Of a stretch of 64,000 nt of DNA, positions 22,248 through 31,718 are shown one piece after another (position 1 is the first letter of the stretch; each line of letters starts with the position of its first letter). Source of the stretch: Akkermansia muciniphila (GTDB lineage Bacteria > Verrucomicrobiota > Verrucomicrobiia > Verrucomicrobiales > Verrucomicrobiaceae); the NCBI GenBank assembly GCA_945882215.1, contig CAMCWM010000007.1, positions 992 to 64,991 of the forward strand, given 5' to 3'. Made by a program: the position numbers and the translations under genes. A model generated the notes under the pieces. The model was not told where the DNA came from, did not search any database, and worked only from the letters and a program-made list of their open reading frames with translations.

Positions 22248-23555
22248 ATGAAAACACTTCTCTGCTTGTTCCTGCTTCCGATTCAGGCCTTTGCGGTGCA
22301 AATCGCCACGTTTCGTGCCGATGTGACACCACCGGTCGGCGCGCCGTTGTGTGGTGGACTCGTCAAACCTGCATTGGGAGTCAGCGAACCGCTGCTCGCG
22401 CTTGGTGTCGTGCTCTTGAGCGATGAAAAGCCCGTCGTGCTCTGCGCGGTGGACTTCTGCGAGATTCGCGGGGCGGATCACATTCACTGGCGCGAAGTTT
22501 TGGCAAAAGCGGCGGGCACTTCGGCGGAGCGTGTGGCCCTGCACTCACTGCATCAACACAATGCGCCACTGGTGGACAACGCCGCGCAGAAGCTGCTGCC
22601 GGAGATCGGCATCATTGATGCAGCAGCGACGGAGAAAGCGCTCGCAGGTGTCGCTGCGAACATCGAGGCCGCATTGAAGGCTCCGCAGGCCGTCACACAC
22701 ATCTCAACAGGCGAGGCCAAAGTGCTCGAAGTGGCCGGGAATCGCCGTGTGCAGGTTATCGATGGCAAGGTGGGCAAGATGCGAGGCAGTGGCTCGAAGG
22801 ATCCCGTGCTGCGAGCGCTGCCGGAAGGCCTCATCGACCCGATGCTCAAGACGATCAGCTTTTGGAACGGAGACAAGAAGCTCGCCGCGCTGCACTACTA
22901 TGCCACGCACCCGATGAGCTACTACGGCGACGGCATCGTGAGCCACGACTTCGCGGGCATCGCCCGTGAAAAGCGCACGCAGGAGGAAGGCGTGCCGCAC
23001 ATCTACTTCACCGGCTGCGGCGGCAACATCGGCGCGGGCAAATACAATGACGGCACACCGCCCATGCGCCCGTTGCTCGCAGGTCGTATCCACGCTGCCA
23101 TGGTCGAGTCGGAGAAGGAAGCAAAGCGAGTGCCGCTCACGAGGATCGCTTGGAAGCATGTGCCGGTCGTCCTGCAGCCTGATCCCGAGTTCCCGGAGGA
23201 GCGCGTGATGAAGGTGATGCAAAACACCGCCACCTCGACCTCGCAGCGCATCGCTGCCGCGTTGCGCATCGGCTTCATCCGCCATCGCGAGCCGATTCCC
23301 TTCACCAGCCTGCATCTCGGCGATGACGTGTGCCTCATCCACCTGCCCGGCGAGAGCTTCGTCGAGTATCAGCTCTTCGCTCAGCAGCAGCGTGCAGGCG
23401 GCTTCGTCTGCACCGCGAGTTATGGCGACGGCGTGACGGGCTACATCCCGCTGGAGCATTCCTTCAAAGAAGGCGGTTACGAGCCCACGCAGGCCTACGC
23501 GGCTCCGTCATCAGAGAAGGTGATGAAACAGACGATCTCGGAACTCCTGAAGTAG
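22248..23555 (+). CDS. Exported hypothetical protein, neutral/alkaline ceramidase N-terminal-like
   Basis: It has a signal peptide, then ATFRADVTPPVGAPLCGG..VVLCAVDFCEI, which resembles the ceramidase N-domain pattern. This is a weak call made by eye. Confidence 0.55.
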   Translation: MKTLLCLFLLPIQAFAVQIATFRADVTPPVGAPLCGGLVKPALGVSEPLLALGVVLLSDEKPVVLCAVDFCEIRGADHIHWREVLAKAAGTSAERVALHSLHQHNAPLVDNAAQKLLPEIGIIDAAATEKALAGVAANIEAALKAPQAVTHISTGEAKVLEVAGNRRVQVIDGKVGKMRGSGSKDPVLRALPEGLIDPMLKTISFWNGDKKLAALHYYATHPMSYYGDGIVSHDFAGIAREKRTQEEGVPHIYFTGCGGNIGAGKYNDGTPPMRPLLAGRIHAAMVESEKEAKRVPLTRIAWKHVPVVLQPDPEFPEERVMKVMQNTATSTSQRIAAALRIGFIRHREPIPFTSLHLGDDVCLIHLPGESFVEYQLFAQQQRAGGFVCTASYGDGVTGYIPLEHSFKEGGYEPTQAYAAPSSEKVMKQTISELLK

Positions 23556-23572
23556 CTCACGAGGTTGATCCC

Positions 23573-25675
23573 TCACGCCTGGACGTCCTCCAGCCCGACC
23601 TCATGGCAGGCGAGGATGAACTCGGCGGCTGACCATGCCTGATAGGCCTTGCCCATCGGATTGCCGGTGCGGGCATGCGCCCATTCGTTGAACTCCCATT
23701 CGCCCTGCACGCCGCGCTGGTTGATTCGCGCGAGCTTGAGCAGCTCCTGCAGGGCCAGCGAGCGCATGCCCAGACGGCTGATGAACTGCACCCACTTGCC
23801 GCCGATGAAGGGCCAGATGCCGCCGTTGTGGTAGTGATGCGGCAGGTTCAGCAGATTCACCGCATAGTAGGGCTTCCAATCAGGATCACCCGGCATGACG
23901 ATCGGATAAAGATTCGCCACCGGAAAGGGTTCGTTCACGCCCACGCCCCACATGAAGCGAAACGCGGTGCGCGCCCGTGGGATGTCCAGCACGTTGAAGA
24001 GGAAGGCAAGGATGTTGCCATACACATCACAGCGCCAGTTGAAGTCGAACGGCGTGACTTGCGCGAGGAGGTAGGAGGCGTCCCCCACGCTGTATTGCAT
24101 GTCGGCAAAGGTGCGCATCGTGCTGGTGCTGGCGGTGGTGGGCCAGAAACGATGGAGAATGGCGGACTTGATGGACTGCGACCAGCGGAGGTATTCCCCC
24201 GCCTTCCGCCCCTGCCCAAATGTTTCCAGGATGCGGCCGAAGGCGATGTTTGCACGATACCAGATGACCTGGTCCACGAGGACGTTGTAGGAGCGACCGA
24301 AGAGGTCCGTCCAGTCGCCCGCCTCCGGGATTTCAAGCAGCGCGTCGTAGTTGGAATCGTGCGCGGTCAGCCAGTCCATGGCGCGTTGGAGCACGGGCAG
24401 GAACTCACGGATGAGGGCGGTTTCTCGCGTGACGCGCAGATATTCATACGCGGCGATGATCGTCCACAGGCCGCTGTCGATGGAACAGATCCCACCGATG
24501 CCGGAGAAGTCCGGCGCCGCAGTGTCGATGTTCACATTGGCCGGGATCTGGCCGTGCGGCGAGACGTGGGAGAGCAGCGTGCGCAAGGTCGCGCGCTGGC
24601 AGTCACGGATGTCGGCGTCGGCCAGCGGCAGCGAGGCGATCAACGTGATCGCACCGTCCCGGCCCCACACGCTGCGATAGTTCACGTCCGTGCCCCGGAT
24701 TTCATTGTCCGCAAGCGAGCAGGCGGAAAAGCCCATGGGCGTGATGTTGCGGCGCAAAGCGGAAACCGCGCGTGCGTAGGCTTCGTTGAGATAATCGCGG
24801 TCCTCGTGCTTCAAAGCCTCAGGCGAAACCTCGCTGAGCAACTGGCGGATCTCCGGCTCATACTGGACATGCTGCGGCTCACGTCCGGGCGTGAGGTTGC
24901 AGGTGCTCGGCAGCACGCCGTAGTGCATCAGCCCTTCAATCACTCCATCCGCGCAGATGGTGTGGGCGCGATAGCAGGACAGCCCGACGGTGGCCTCCAT
25001 GATCTCGGGCTGGGAATTCTCCACCACGATGCCATGCACGCCCGGAATCTGAAGCATGGCGGTGTCATTGCCTGAATCTCCGGCCACGATGACCTCTCGG
25101 GCCGGTATTTTTAGATGCCGGAGCAGCCAGGCCAGCGCGTTGCCCTTGTTGGCGTATTTGGGCAGGATGTCGAGATCGCGGTCGCTGCTGTACACCACCA
25201 ATGCCTCGATGCCTGCCTCGCTGAGCGCCGCCTCCAGAGTGGCGATGAGTTCCGCCGGGGCCTGATGCAGATACCAGCTCGACTTGCAGGCGTTTTGAAA
25301 GGGAGCCGGCTGGCGCACCGCGCTGGTGACGGTCTGCACCACCTGCTCGGCACGGTCCCGGTCCCAACCCTCGTTGAGGATGTCGGCAAACTCCTGCACC
25401 GTCTTGCCCGTGCGTCCGTTGTGGATCAGCGTGCCGACACCGCAGATGAGGTAATCCGGGTCAGGCAGATCGGAGCGCTGCACCGTGCGCAGCGCGTCTT
25501 TGAGCAGACGCCCCGTGTTGTACACCAGCAGCGGGCGCTCATCTTTGGGCATGGAGCCCCACAGTTGCTGAAATAGAAGAGTCGCATCGGGCTTGCCCAG
25601 CAGGGTGCCGTCGAGATCACTGCAAATAAGCTGAAAATTCACGTCAGGTTGGGTCAAACAAGGTTTGTTACTCAA
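23573..25675 (-). CDS. Fusion of a HAD-IIB sucrose-phosphate-phosphatase-like domain (N-terminal) with a GH100 alkaline/neutral invertase-like domain (C-terminal)
   Basis: HAD motifs are LICSDLDGTLLG, YNTGR and VIVAGDSGNDTAML. The C-terminal half reads RSVWGRDGAI..GQIPANV..DFSGIGGICSIDSGLWTIIAAYEY..GDWTD, matching the invertase pattern DFG..AIGRV.PVDSGLWWIILL.AY. Its start overlaps the upstream stop as ATGA. Confidence 0.82.
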   Translation of the reverse strand: MSNKPCLTQPDVNFQLICSDLDGTLLGKPDATLLFQQLWGSMPKDERPLLVYNTGRLLKDALRTVQRSDLPDPDYLICGVGTLIHNGRTGKTVQEFADILNEGWDRDRAEQVVQTVTSAVRQPAPFQNACKSSWYLHQAPAELIATLEAALSEAGIEALVVYSSDRDLDILPKYANKGNALAWLLRHLKIPAREVIVAGDSGNDTAMLQIPGVHGIVVENSQPEIMEATVGLSCYRAHTICADGVIEGLMHYGVLPSTCNLTPGREPQHVQYEPEIRQLLSEVSPEALKHEDRDYLNEAYARAVSALRRNITPMGFSACSLADNEIRGTDVNYRSVWGRDGAITLIASLPLADADIRDCQRATLRTLLSHVSPHGQIPANVNIDTAAPDFSGIGGICSIDSGLWTIIAAYEYLRVTRETALIREFLPVLQRAMDWLTAHDSNYDALLEIPEAGDWTDLFGRSYNVLVDQVIWYRANIAFGRILETFGQGRKAGEYLRWSQSIKSAILHRFWPTTASTSTMRTFADMQYSVGDASYLLAQVTPFDFNWRCDVYGNILAFLFNVLDIPRARTAFRFMWGVGVNEPFPVANLYPIVMPGDPDWKPYYAVNLLNLPHHYHNGGIWPFIGGKWVQFISRLGMRSLALQELLKLARINQRGVQGEWEFNEWAHARTGNPMGKAYQAWSAAEFILACHEVGLEDVQA

Positions 25676-27045
25676 ATTTCCCCCACAAACTGGGGCGTCA
25701 GCCCGCCCTTCTCTGCCGGCAGCTCATCCTCGCTCACATTGAGCGCCATCCGGTCCTCCACCGCGCGCACCAGTTGCTGGGCGATGCCGCTCCAGGTGAA
25801 AAGCGCCCGCACCCGCTGGCTGCCCTGCTGATGCAGCCGCGTCCGCAGCCGCTGATACTTGAGAGCTTGAAGAATGGCGATGCCAAACTCCTCGATGTCC
25901 TCCGTGTCGGTGTAGATCGCATGCACGCCGAAATCCAGGGCACGGTACAAGCCGCCGCGCGTGGTCACCACCGTGGGCGTGCCGCAGGCCAGCGCCTCCA
26001 CCGCCGTCATGCCAAACGGCTCGTAGCGGCTGGACAGCACAAACACATCCGCCGCGCGGTAATAGTCGGCCATTTGCTCGTCCGGCAGCGAGGCGCTGAT
26101 CGTCACCTTTTCCAGCAGTCCATGCTCCGTGATCAGACCTTCCAGCTCTTTCAAAAGGTTCGCGTCTCCAGGATCGGAAGACTGCATGCCCACCGCCAGC
26201 CGCAGCCGCGCCTCCGGCATGCGCGAGGCCACTACCGCGAAGGCCCGGACCAGCAGATCAAACCCCTTGTTGCGAGCCAGCCGACCGATGGAGGCCACCA
26301 CCAGGCCCGCGTAACCCATCTCATGTCGTATGGTCTGCCGCGTCGGCTCGCTGACCGGAAAGAATCGGTTGTCATCATAACCGGGCGGAATCATGCGGAT
26401 CTTCGTGCGCGGGATGTTGTAATCCTTTACGATCAGGTCCGACTGCGGCGGTGTCGTGGCGATCACCAGATCGCTCGTCTCGAAGATGCGCTGCTCGTTT
26501 TTCCGCCGTGTCCTGAAGTTGAACTGCTTTTCCAGCTTCTCCTGCTCCTCCGGCGCGGCATCCACCATCTGACGCTGCTTCCACGAGCCCAGCGAGTGCG
26601 GCGTGTGGACGTGCGGGATGTTCAGCACCGAGGCCAGGGACAGTCCGGCCAGCCCCGCGTCCCAGTAGTGGCTGTTGATGAAGTAATACGACCAGCCATT
26701 GCGCAGGATCAGACGATGCGCGTTCTCCACCCACTCCGGGATGCTGTTATAGAGGTGCTCTTTGGAAATGAACCCGCTGCCGCCGCACGGCACGCGCACG
26801 ATGTTCACATTCTCATCCACCGCCTCGATTTCCGGCTGGCCTTCAAAACGGCGTGTCCAGATGTCCACCTTGTGGCCGAGCTGCGCCAGCTTGCGGGACA
26901 GCTCCAGCACAAACACCACCTGCCCGCCGGTGTCAGGCGCGCCCAGCGGCGGTGACGCGGCCACATAGCCGTGGGTGGAGATCATGGCAATGCGCTGACG
27001 CACGCGTGGGCGTCGGCGCGACAGGGGCGCTTTGGTGATGGTCAT
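25672..27045 (-). CDS. Sucrose-phosphate synthase-like GT4 glycosyltransferase (mannosylfructose-phosphate synthase not excluded)
   Basis: IAMISTHGYVAASPPLGAPDTGGQVVFVLELSRKLAQLGHKVDIWTRRF..HSHYWDAG..HTPHSLG; C-terminal GT-B half with EPFGMTAVEALACGTP. Confidence 0.86.
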   Translation of the reverse strand: MTITKAPLSRRRPRVRQRIAMISTHGYVAASPPLGAPDTGGQVVFVLELSRKLAQLGHKVDIWTRRFEGQPEIEAVDENVNIVRVPCGGSGFISKEHLYNSIPEWVENAHRLILRNGWSYYFINSHYWDAGLAGLSLASVLNIPHVHTPHSLGSWKQRQMVDAAPEEQEKLEKQFNFRTRRKNEQRIFETSDLVIATTPPQSDLIVKDYNIPRTKIRMIPPGYDDNRFFPVSEPTRQTIRHEMGYAGLVVASIGRLARNKGFDLLVRAFAVVASRMPEARLRLAVGMQSSDPGDANLLKELEGLITEHGLLEKVTISASLPDEQMADYYRAADVFVLSSRYEPFGMTAVEALACGTPTVVTTRGGLYRALDFGVHAIYTDTEDIEEFGIAILQALKYQRLRTRLHQQGSQRVRALFTWSGIAQQLVRAVEDRMALNVSEDELPAEKGGLTPQFVGEI

Positions 27046-27102
27046 GGCGTTTCATGGGGGTTGTCGCGAGACCCGCGTGGTCCCGTGTTTCCCATTCCCA
27101 TA

Positions 27103-27154
27103 GGCCAAAAATGCCCGCGCTCGGCATGACTTGGCCTGTGGTGGCTCCCGCCAC
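27103..27154. promoter_or_regulatory. Two adjacent hairpins in the divergent intergenic region between the synthase and the Gfo gene
   Basis: The first is GGCCAA-aa-ATGCC-cgcgctc-GGCAT-gac-TTGGCC (27103-27136). The second is GTGGC-tccc-GCCAC followed by TTT (27141-27157). Both were read directly from the sequence. Confidence 0.3.
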
Positions 27155-27244
27155 TTTCGTGTCATCTCTCGAACTCGCAGTCTCAATCCAGATCTTACGC
27201 ACAATGAACGACTGCGAACATTCATCCCGTTGATACAATCACTC

Positions 27245-28240
27245 ATGAAACACATCCTCCTCGCACTCCTTCTCAGCGGCACCGCCATTGCTCAAGACGG
27301 CCTCAAACAGCTCCGCGCTGGCATTGTGGGCCTCGACACCTCACACGTTCCGGCCTTCACTAAGCTCTTTAACAAAGGCGAGACGGAGGGTGAACTCGCG
27401 GGCATCAAAGTGACCACAGGCTACACCGGCGGCACGGACATGCCCGCCAGTGCCACCCGCAAAGAAAAGTTCACGCAGCAGCTTCGCGACATGGGCGTGG
27501 AGATTGTCGATTCGATCCCGAAGCTGCTTGAAAAAGTTGATGTCATCCTGCTGGAGAGCGTCGATGGCCGCATTCATCTCCAAGAGGCGAAAGAGATTTT
27601 CAAGGCGGGCAAACCTGTCTTCATCGACAAGCCTCTCGCCGGCACGCTCGCCGAGGCCATCGCCATCGTGGAACTGGCGAAGAAGCACAACGTGCCGTTT
27701 TTCAGCAGTTCCTCTTCGCGCTTCGGCGCGGAAATGGTCGCGCTGAAAGCGAATGCGGAGCTGGGAGAGCTGCTCGGTGCTCAGACCTGGGGTCCGTGCT
27801 CGTATCAAGACGGCACGCCCGACTTTTTCTTCTATGGCATCCACGGTGTCGAGGCGCTCTACACGCTCATGGGCACTGGCTGCGAGACGGTTTCGCGTGT
27901 GAAGGCGGGCAATCATGACGTGGCTACCGGCGTGTGGAAGGATGGACGCGTCGGTGCCTATCGCGGCATCGTGAAGGGCAAGGCGGACTTCGGTGCCGTG
28001 GCCTACGGCAGCAAAAGCATCGGTCAGGCCGCGAAAGCCGTGAGCTACGAGGGTCTGTGCCGCCAGATCGGCAAATTCTTCCGCAGCGGCCAGCCGCCGG
28101 TGAGCGCGGAGGAGACCCTCGAGATCTTCACGTTCATGGAAGCCGCCGACGAAAGCCTGCGTCAGGGCGGGAAGCCCGTCGCACTTGCCGATGTGCTCGC
28201 GAAGGCGAAAGCGGAAGCCGCAAAACTGCTGACGGAGTGA
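27245..28240 (+). CDS. Exported Gfo/Idh/MocA-family oxidoreductase
   Basis: The signal is MKHILLALLLSGTAIA, followed by LRAGIVGLDTSHVPAF (Rossmann N-terminus). The start was trimmed from 27131. Its stop shares 1 nt with the next start (TGATG). Confidence 0.82.
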   Translation: MKHILLALLLSGTAIAQDGLKQLRAGIVGLDTSHVPAFTKLFNKGETEGELAGIKVTTGYTGGTDMPASATRKEKFTQQLRDMGVEIVDSIPKLLEKVDVILLESVDGRIHLQEAKEIFKAGKPVFIDKPLAGTLAEAIAIVELAKKHNVPFFSSSSSRFGAEMVALKANAELGELLGAQTWGPCSYQDGTPDFFFYGIHGVEALYTLMGTGCETVSRVKAGNHDVATGVWKDGRVGAYRGIVKGKADFGAVAYGSKSIGQAAKAVSYEGLCRQIGKFFRSGQPPVSAEETLEIFTFMEAADESLRQGGKPVALADVLAKAKAEAAKLLTE

Positions 28241-30315
28241 TGCGTGCCGTCACTTCCATCTTGATGCTCCTGACCGCCGGTTTTTCGGCGGCGGCGGAGC
28301 GTGTCAGCTACAATCGTGACGTGCGGCCCATCCTCGCCGCGAAGTGCTTCGCCTGCCACGGCCCCGACGAGGACAAACGCGAGGCCGACCTGCGCCTCGA
28401 CGTGCGTGGCGACCACTTCGACGCGAAGGACATCCTCCACCGCATCACCACCGCCGATCCCGATGATGTGATGCCGCCGCGCACCTCGCCCAAACCGCTA
28501 ACGAATCAGGAAAGCACCGTCTTGAAGCAATGGATCACCGCTGGCGCGAACTACGAGCAGCACTGGGCCTTCCTGCCGGTTCGCAGCCCGGAAGCTCATG
28601 ACGGCATTGATGGCTTCATCCGTGCCGAATTAAAAAAACACCAGCTTCGCCCCGCTCCACGCGCCGACTCCGCCACACTCATCCGTCGCCTCTTTCTCGA
28701 TCTCACCGGCCTGCCGCCGACTCCGGCAGACTTATCCGACTTGTCCGATGTAAAATATGCGCTCCTCGTGGACCGGCTTCTGGCATCACCGCATTTCGGC
28801 GAGCGCTGGGGCCGTCACTGGCTCGACATGGCACGCTACGCCGACTCAAACGGCTTCCTCGGCGACGGCCTGCGACCAAACGCCTACAAGTATCGCGACT
28901 GGGTCATCCGCGCCTTCAATGAAGACCTGCCCTTCGATCAATTCACCATCCAGCAAATCGCCGGTGACCTGCTGCCCAATCCCACGCGCGAGCAAATTGC
29001 CGCCACCGGTTTCCATCGTAACGCGGCTCTCAACACAGAAGCGGGCCTCGACAAAGAGGAAGCGCGTTTTCAAAACCTCGCTGACCGCGTGAACACTACG
29101 GGCCGCGTCTGGATGGGCCTCACCGTCGGTTGTGCGCAGTGCCACACGCACAAATACGACCCAATTACCATCCGCGACTACTACAGCTTCTACGCCTTCT
29201 TCGACAACACCGAGGATCGCGACGAGCCGACATCCAAAGCACCCGCCCTCGCTGAAGTGATCAAGGACCGCCGGCAGACTTATGTCCACATGGCAGGCGA
29301 CTACACGCGACGTGGCCCGGATGTCGTGCCAGCGAGCCTCTCGTCACTGCCAGCGATGAACAAGCCCGCGCACCCCGAGCCGAATCGCCTCGATCTCGCG
29401 AGATGGCTCGTGTCGCCCAATCATCCACTCACCAGCCGCGTCGCGGTGAATCAAATCTGGAGCAGGCTTTTTGGCACTGGCCTCGTACGCACGCCTGATG
29501 ATTTCGGCACGAGCGGTGAGTCGCCTTCGCATCCGGAATTGCTCGACTGGCTCGCCTCCGAATTCATGCGCAACGGCTGGAGCCGAAAACAGCTCATCAA
29601 GCGCATCGTCATGAGCGACACCTACCGCCAGTCCTCCGCACATCGCGATGACATCGTCGTGCTCGATCCGCTGAACCGACTGCTTTCGCGTCAAAACCGC
29701 GTACGTCTCGATGCTGAAATCCTGCGTGACTCTGCACTCGCTGTCAGCGGCTTGCTCAAGCGCAGCATTGGCGGCCCGAGCTTTCGCCCGCCATTGCCGG
29801 AGGATGTGTTCGATGTCGGCCGCTCCTCAAACTGGCAGGCCAGCCCCGGCGATGAGATTTACCGCCGCAGCCTCTACATCATCACGCTGCGCAGCGTGCT
29901 CTATCCCACGCTCACCACCTTCGACGCACCGGACGCCGCCGATGCCTGCGTGCGCCGCGAACGCTCGAATACTCCGCTGCAAGCCCTCACAATGATGAAT
30001 GATGGCGTCTTCGTCGAAGCGGCGCAATCGCTGGCTCTTCGCATCATGCGCGAAGACGCGTCAGAAACATCAAAACGCCTCCAGAAACTCTTCCAGCTTG
30101 TTTTGAACCGCGCACCACGTGCGGAAGAGATTTTGCGTCTGAAATCATTCCACGCGGAGCAAAAGGCCCACGTGCAAAATGGCGGTGCAGAAGCTCTGGA
30201 AGCTCTCGGCATCATCAAAAAGGCTGTTTCGCCAGCCGAAGCCATCGAAGCAGCTACACTCGTCGCCACCGCACGCGTGCTCATGAACCTGGATGAGTTC
30301 ATCAACCGCGAATAG
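28240..30315 (+). CDS. PSCyt1 / DUF1549 / DUF1553 (PSD1) protein
   Basis: The signal is MRAVTSILMLLTAGFSAAA, followed by CFACHGPDEDKREADLRLD, LDLTGLPPTPAD, CAQCHTHKYDP and VNQIWSRLFG. The start was trimmed from 27934. Confidence 0.9.
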   Translation: MRAVTSILMLLTAGFSAAAERVSYNRDVRPILAAKCFACHGPDEDKREADLRLDVRGDHFDAKDILHRITTADPDDVMPPRTSPKPLTNQESTVLKQWITAGANYEQHWAFLPVRSPEAHDGIDGFIRAELKKHQLRPAPRADSATLIRRLFLDLTGLPPTPADLSDLSDVKYALLVDRLLASPHFGERWGRHWLDMARYADSNGFLGDGLRPNAYKYRDWVIRAFNEDLPFDQFTIQQIAGDLLPNPTREQIAATGFHRNAALNTEAGLDKEEARFQNLADRVNTTGRVWMGLTVGCAQCHTHKYDPITIRDYYSFYAFFDNTEDRDEPTSKAPALAEVIKDRRQTYVHMAGDYTRRGPDVVPASLSSLPAMNKPAHPEPNRLDLARWLVSPNHPLTSRVAVNQIWSRLFGTGLVRTPDDFGTSGESPSHPELLDWLASEFMRNGWSRKQLIKRIVMSDTYRQSSAHRDDIVVLDPLNRLLSRQNRVRLDAEILRDSALAVSGLLKRSIGGPSFRPPLPEDVFDVGRSSNWQASPGDEIYRRSLYIITLRSVLYPTLTTFDAPDAADACVRRERSNTPLQALTMMNDGVFVEAAQSLALRIMREDASETSKRLQKLFQLVLNRAPRAEEILRLKSFHAEQKAHVQNGGAEALEALGIIKKAVSPAEAIEAATLVATARVLMNLDEFINRE

Positions 30316-30375
30316 CCTCATCACTCACGGCTCACCATCGCAACACCTCCTTCCCTTCGTCCGTTTAGAAACGCC

Positions 30376-31713
30376 ATGCTCACCCTTTTCTCCAAACAGT
30401 CCGCCAACCGCTACTGCGACGGCCTTTCACGCCGTTCGTTCCTGCGCATCGGCGGCCTCGGGCTAGGAGGCTTGAGCTTCCCTGAGCTGCTGCGTGCGGA
30501 GTCGGAACAGGGCCTCGGCAAATCGCAGAAGGCGCTCATCCTGGTTTACCTGCCGGGGGGGCCGCCGCATCAGGACATGTATGACATCAAGGTGAACGCG
30601 CCTTCGGAAGTGCGCGGACCGTTCAAGGCCATCGGCACGAATGTGGCGGGCATCCAGATCAGCGAGCACCTGCCGCGCATGGCGAAGATGGCGGACAAGT
30701 TCAGCTTCATCCGCAGCGTCGTGGGTGCCAAGGACCGGCATGAGAGCTTTCAATGCGTGACGGGCCGCCTCAGCAACAACGCGCCTCCGGGCGGCTGGCC
30801 GGAGATCGGCAGCGTCGTGTCGAAGCTCAAAGGCGGAGCGCCCACGGTGCCCGGCTATGTGAATCTCTCGCAGCAGATGAAGCACACGCCCTACAATCAA
30901 GGACGGCCGAGCTTCCTCGGCGTGGCGCATGCGCCCTTCATGCCCTTGGAGCGCGGGAAAGAAGACATGTCACTCAATGGCGTGACGCTGGAGCGTCTGG
31001 GAGATCGCCGAGGCTTGCTCTCCGCCTTCGACAACTTCCGGCGTGAGACGGATGCCTCCGGCACCATGGCAGGGATTGATGTCTTCCGGCAGCAGGCCTA
31101 CGGCATTCTCACCTCCTCGCGCCTCGTCGATGCGCTCGATCTTTCCAAGGAGTCGCCGAAGATCCGCGAGCGCTATGGCAAAGGCACCGAGAAAATCCAA
31201 GGCGATGCCGCACCACGATTGAATGAGCAGTTTTTGCTCGCCCGCCGACTCGTCGAGGCCGGTGTGCGCGTGGTGACGCTCAGCTACAGCTTCTGGGACT
31301 GGCACGGACAGAACTTCAAGAACGCGCAGGAAAACTTGCCCGATTTCGATCAGGCAATCACCGCGCTCGTGCAGGACTTGCATGAGCGCGGCATGGACAA
31401 GGATGTGACCGTGCTCGCCTGGGGCGAGTTTGGCCGCACGCCACGCGTGAATGACAAAGGCGGGCGCGATCACTGGCCGAACGTGTCCTGCGCCTTGCTC
31501 GCCGGTGGCGGCATGCGGAATGGGCAGGTCATCGGCGCCACTGATCGCCTCGGTGGTGAGGCATCGGATCGCCCGGTGCACTTCCAGGAGATCTTTGCCA
31601 CGCTTTACAACAACTTGGGCATCAATCCGCACACCAGCACGGTGTCGGACTTCTCCGGTCGCCCGCATTACCTGGTCGATAACGAATTCCAGTCGATCAA
31701 GGAGCTGGCGTAG
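30376..31713 (+). CDS. DUF1501 domain protein (GRDHWP subtype), Tat-type signal
   Basis: LSRRSFLRIGGLGLGG..LILVYLPGGPPHQDMYD..GEFGRTPRVNDKGGRDHWPNVSCALLAGGG. Confidence 0.9.
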   Translation: MLTLFSKQSANRYCDGLSRRSFLRIGGLGLGGLSFPELLRAESEQGLGKSQKALILVYLPGGPPHQDMYDIKVNAPSEVRGPFKAIGTNVAGIQISEHLPRMAKMADKFSFIRSVVGAKDRHESFQCVTGRLSNNAPPGGWPEIGSVVSKLKGGAPTVPGYVNLSQQMKHTPYNQGRPSFLGVAHAPFMPLERGKEDMSLNGVTLERLGDRRGLLSAFDNFRRETDASGTMAGIDVFRQQAYGILTSSRLVDALDLSKESPKIRERYGKGTEKIQGDAAPRLNEQFLLARRLVEAGVRVVTLSYSFWDWHGQNFKNAQENLPDFDQAITALVQDLHERGMDKDVTVLAWGEFGRTPRVNDKGGRDHWPNVSCALLAGGGMRNGQVIGATDRLGGEASDRPVHFQEIFATLYNNLGINPHTSTVSDFSGRPHYLVDNEFQSIKELA

Positions 31714-31718
31714 CGTTC

